Notes under the pieces: generated by a model
What the model was told of the DNA's origin: nothing
Database searches by the model: none
The model's input: only the letters and a program-made list of their open reading frames with translations
DNA from: the human T2T-CHM13v2.0 reference genome, Homo sapiens
Assembly: GCF_009914755.1 (NCBI RefSeq)
Contig: NC_060929.1
Length of the DNA stretch: 64,000 nt
Strand: one strand, 5' to 3'
Part shown: piece by piece, positions 59,638 through 64,000 of the stretch
Numbering within the stretch: position 1 is the stretch's first letter
How the letters are laid out: each line of letters opens with the position of its first letter
Program-made: the position numbers and the translations under genes

Positions 59638-60375
59638 TTGCAGTACTGCTCAGGCTGTTATAACAAACTATTATAGACTGGGTATCTAAAATAATAGATA
59701 ATGTATTTCTCACAGTTCTGCAGGCTGGGAAGTCAGCCATCAGAATTCCAGGGTTTGTTGGGGACCCCTTTCTGGCTTGCAAGTTGCTGCCTTCTTGCTG
59801 CATCCTCACATGATGGAGAGAGAAGGATGTCTGTTCTCATTTTCCTCTTATAGGGACACTAATTCCCTTTACCTCATCTAAACTTGGTTACCTCCTGTGT
59901 TAGTCTGTTTCTGCTGCCATAACAAAATAGCTGAGACTGGGCAATTTATGAATAATAAAAATTTATTTCTCACAGTTTTGGAGACTGGAAAGTACAAGAT
60001 CAAGGTCCTGGCAAATTCAGTGTCTGGTCAGGACCTGCTCTCCGGGATAGCACCTTGTTGCTACATCCTGCAGAGGGGATGAATACTATGTCCTCACACA
60101 ATGAAAGGGATGAGGGTACGGAGCAACTCCTAGAAGCCTTTTTTATAATGGCATTAATCCCATTCATGAAGATGGAGACCTCATGATCTAATCTCTCCCC
60201 GCGAAGCCCTCCCTCTTAATACCAACACAATGTGGATTAAATTTCAACATTTTGTAGGGACATAAACATCCAAGTTACTGCACCTCCCAAAGGCCCCACC
60301 TGCAGATACTGTCATGCTGGGGATTAGGGCTTCAATATATGAACATCGGGGGACATAAACATTTAGTCTGTCACA
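59638..60375 (-). mobile_element. MLT1A-type LTR split by an MST LTR
   Basis: ctgctcaggctgttataacaa...tttctcacagttctg; resumes at 60288 as caaaggccccacct...ggggattagggcttcaat. Confidence 0.85.
59896..60282 (-). mobile_element. MSTB/C-type MaLR solo LTR nested in MLT1A
   Basis: TG...CA ends; perfect 5-bp TSD cctcc (59891-59895 / 60283-60287). Confidence 0.85.
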
Positions 60376-61464
60376 CGAATCTTGTGGAAAATCATACACA
60401 GCTTTGCATGTATATGTATGAGAAAGAAATGTTTATGACAAAATTATTGTGTGTTTGAAGACTCCTAAATCCCTAAATAGTCAGCCTGAGAGCTCCTAGT
60501 CTTACCTCTACCAAGCACAGTCTCAATCACTGTCTGAGTCCTCACCTCCACGTTTCTGCCATGGTGAGTACAAGAGGGGTGAAAGGAGTAACTTTCATTT
60601 TTATCCCACTGCCCCTCTAAAAGTGTTATTCGTATTTTTGTCTTGTTGATTTAATATTTGTGATAAAAACATCTATATTTGGATATTACCTGGGCGAATG
60701 TGGGTCTGGTAATTTTAAAACTATGCTATAAAGTAGTTTTGCATAAAAAGGTGTGACCACAATATAGAGACATACAAGCAGATGTATAAGAGCCACGACT
60801 TTATTTTTTAATGCAGTTTAGTATCTGGGGCTATGGGAGGTTTTTATGGCTAGAATCTTCTACAAATATATTTCTTATAGCATATTCTGTCAGTAAATAT
60901 TCAAACAATAATTTAAAAATAATTTTGGAAAATGATTCTTCATATATGGCCTGAATGTGAAGGTCTACTGAGGTTTATTTGTCTACAAAGGTACACATTA
61001 ATTTGTATTAAATTTGTGTGTAGGCCTCTTCAAATGCTCCTAATATTGCTTTTATTTTTGTGCCACTTTAGGATTTTTTTAAACTGCTGTCATATGATCA
61101 CTTTTTCTCTTTCTTTTGCTTTGAAATCTTAATTACAAGTAGAAGGTTATAATTGCCACTCACAACTTGACACTTTGAACAGGAGCTTTATATTATTTTT
61201 TCCTGGTTAAAAAAACAGTCACCAAAGTTATATTTAAAATATTTTATCTCAGAAACATCACTAAAACACGTGTGACAATTTGTATATGATATTCACATTT
61301 TAGAGGTTATGATTAATGTGTCATAAACATTGTATTGGAATAATATATTTTTATAACTAATTCACTCTGAATGAAAAAGAATCTAAGGTCTTTAGCTCAT
61401 TCATACATACATACTTTCTTAAGATGAGGTTCCTCTCTTATAACTTATTTGGATTCTCAGAGAC

Positions 61465-61715
61465 TGTAATGTAGTGATTAAGATCATGTTCTCTGGAGCT
61501 AGACTGTTAGAATTCAAGTCCTAGAGCACTATTTACTGTATCAGGAAATGGCAATGATTTAACTCATTATGCCTCACTCTCTTTATCTGTAAAATGGGGA
61601 TAAATGAGATAACCTCATAAGAGTTGCTGTGGGGACAAAATGAGATAATATCCATTATGTGGTTAGAGTAGTGTCTGGCATGTAGTAAACCCACAGAAAG
61701 TGGTAACTCTAATAA
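61465..61715 (+). mobile_element. MIR SINE
   Basis: gtagtgattaagatcatgttctctggagctagac...atctgtaaaatggggataa. Confidence 0.85.
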
Positions 61716-61829
61716 TGATGTGAAATTTATTGAATAACTTGACATGTGTAAAACATATCACCATGAGGTAATTTTAAAAAATGTCAGTAGAGGACCAATT
61801 TCATTTTAAAACTAAATACTGTAGTAGCA

Positions 61830-62885
61830 GAATGGACAAATATTTTATTAAAAAGACACAAAAAGCAATTGCAACAAAAGCAAAAATTGACAAATGAGAT
61901 CTAATTAAACTAAAGAGCTTCTGCACAGCAAAAGAAACTATCAACAGATCAGACAATCTACAGGATGGGATAAAATATTTGCAAACTTTTGCATCTGGCA
62001 AAGGTCTTATATCCAGCATCTATGAGGAACTTAAACTTACAAGAAAAAAAACAAACAACTGCATTAAAAAGTGGGCAATGGACATGAAGTTTTCTTTTGA
62101 TACTTTTCAAAAGAAGAAATACATGTGGTTGACAAACTTATGAAAAAAACTTAATATTACTGATCATTAGAGAAATGCAAATGAAAACTACACCAGTCAA
62201 AATGGCTATTACTAAAAAGTCAAACAATAACAAGTGCTGGTGAGGTTGTGGAGAAAAAGGAACACTTATACACTGGTGGTGGGAGTGTAAATTAGTTTAA
62301 CCATTGTGGAAAACAGTGTGCTAATTCCTCAAAGACTTAAAAACAAAACTATCATTCGACCCAGCAATCCCATTACTGGGTATATACCCAAAGGAATATA
62401 AATTATTCTGTCATAATGACACATGCACTTGTATGTTCATTGCAGCACTAGTCATGATAGCAAAAACATGAAATCAACCTAAATGCCTATCTATTGTAGA
62501 CTGGACAAAGAAAATGTGGTATGTATACACCATGAAATACTATGAAGCCATAAGAATGAAATCATGTCTTTTGCAGGAGTATGGACAGAGCTGGAGGCCA
62601 TTATCCTTAGCAAATTAACATGGAAGAGAAAACCAAACACTGCATGTTCTCACCTATAGGTAAGAGCTAAGTGATGAGAACACATGGACACATACAAGGG
62701 AACCACAGACACAAGGGAACCACAGACATTGGAGGGTGGAAGGTGAGAGGAGGGAGAGGATCAGGAAAAATAACTAATAGGGCCTGGGCTTAATACTGAG
62801 GTGACAAAATAATCTGCACAACAGACCCCCATGATACAAGTTTACCTAAAAAATTAAGGTAATCCTAGACTTTAAAGAAAGTTTT
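61830..62885 (+). mobile_element. 5'-truncated LINE-1, L1PA13-16/L1PB-like
   Basis: gcaacaaaagcaaaaattgacaaatgagatctaattaaactaaagagc; 3'UTR gagggagaggatcaggaaaaataac. Confidence 0.9.
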
Positions 62886-62899
62886 AAAATTTTGTGATT

Positions 62900-63192
62900 C
62901 CATCAGTTTGAACCATGCCTGCTTTTGGAAACCTATCCTGATTGGCTCCTCCCCCTCATCTCCACCTCTGACTGGATTAGGTTTCCCTCCTTGATGCCCC
63001 CACAGTAGCCACTGACTAATCTATGAATTTATTCAGTTTGTATAGAAACGTCCTCTTTCTTGACTTGTCTCTTCTAATAGCATATAAGCTCTGTGCATAT
63101 AGGTTTGCCTTTTGTTTTCTGTTAGAGACACAGGACATACTGTAAGACCTGGCATATAGTAACTACCTAATACATGTTTGTTGAATGAACAC
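62900..63192 (+). mobile_element. L2 3' end
   Basis: cctggcatatagtaactacctaatacatgtttgttgaatgaa. Confidence 0.65.
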
Positions 63193-64000
63193 TTAAGTCG
63201 TGCCTTCTCAATCCTAACAGAACTTGTGCTTTTAGGTTACAGGCTTAAGAAGACAAACATGACAAGGGTGGATATGTGTGTATTGACCCTTCCAGACTTT
63301 TCTGGCCTTGTGAACAAAGAAAATTGCCCTTCTGTGAGATGATTAGAGAGAGGACCCCATTCCCCCAATTAGCACCTGCAGCATTAAAGCTCCATTTCTT
63401 GGGTTCAGACAGTGGTTGTTGGATTTTTAGGAGACCTCTGCCAAAATGTACGGTGAGGAAGTTCACACACGAATCCCTTTTCAGCTAACACTTCCGTCTT
63501 TACTTTTATCAGTTAATGCTTCAGTAAGCATTTTTAGAAATGCAGTAGCAGCCAGAGAGTAACAGAGAAAGAATAGCATATGAACAAGAAACACAGGAGG
63601 ATGCCAAGACAGTTTTCACCTCCTCTGCAATTTAGCTCAGGTGTGGCCTTGCTTGTAAGTACCAGCCTCCTCCTGAATTTGTGTGTGGATTCAACATTTT
63701 GAATTGAAGCATCCAAGTTTTCAGTTTTGTAGAAAACAAAATTCTCCCATCTTCCTTTAACTCTCATCAGATGTGATCCTAAAATCTACATATATAATCT
63801 TTACCTTTTAGCAGGTGTTGGACTTATAGCTCCCACTAACTGCAGAAAATTTTTAAATGAATATACTTCTCTGCCTTCAAATCCAAAATGAATAAGAGCA
63901 AATTTGAAATCTTTCTTTCCAAATAATTTTTTTGGATAAAGTACTTAGATTAGAAAAGTTTACATTTATATTTTCCAATTCCTTTTCCTGATAGTTCTAC

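Overview
Primate, most likely human, AT-rich and repeat-rich genomic DNA. The interval is intergenic or deep-intronic: I found no host protein-coding exon, RNA gene or CpG island. The long ORFs in the track are decayed LINE-1 ORF1/ORF2 pieces, and the short ones are Alu, LTR or simple-repeat read-throughs or chance ORFs. The main element is a full-length, inactivated L1PA4-like LINE-1 (3939-9951, +). It keeps its YY1 site and the 129-bp ZNF93-target segment, and appears to carry an ~82-bp 3' transduction before its 3' target-site duplication. The window also has truncated and nested L1s, about seven Alu/FAM copies, MaLR/ERVL solo LTRs, hAT/Tigger MITEs and many MIR, L2 and CR1 relics. Unique sequence between repeats holds motif-level regulatory candidates: two CTCF motifs, a TALE/PBX-HOX cluster with a perfect 22-bp palindrome, an NF-kB cluster, a possible 23-nt micro-exon and a possible ATG-terminated first exon. 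Repeat subfamilies and boundaries come from recalled consensus sequences and are approximate. I found no convincing new biological system; the regulatory and splice calls are hypotheses.
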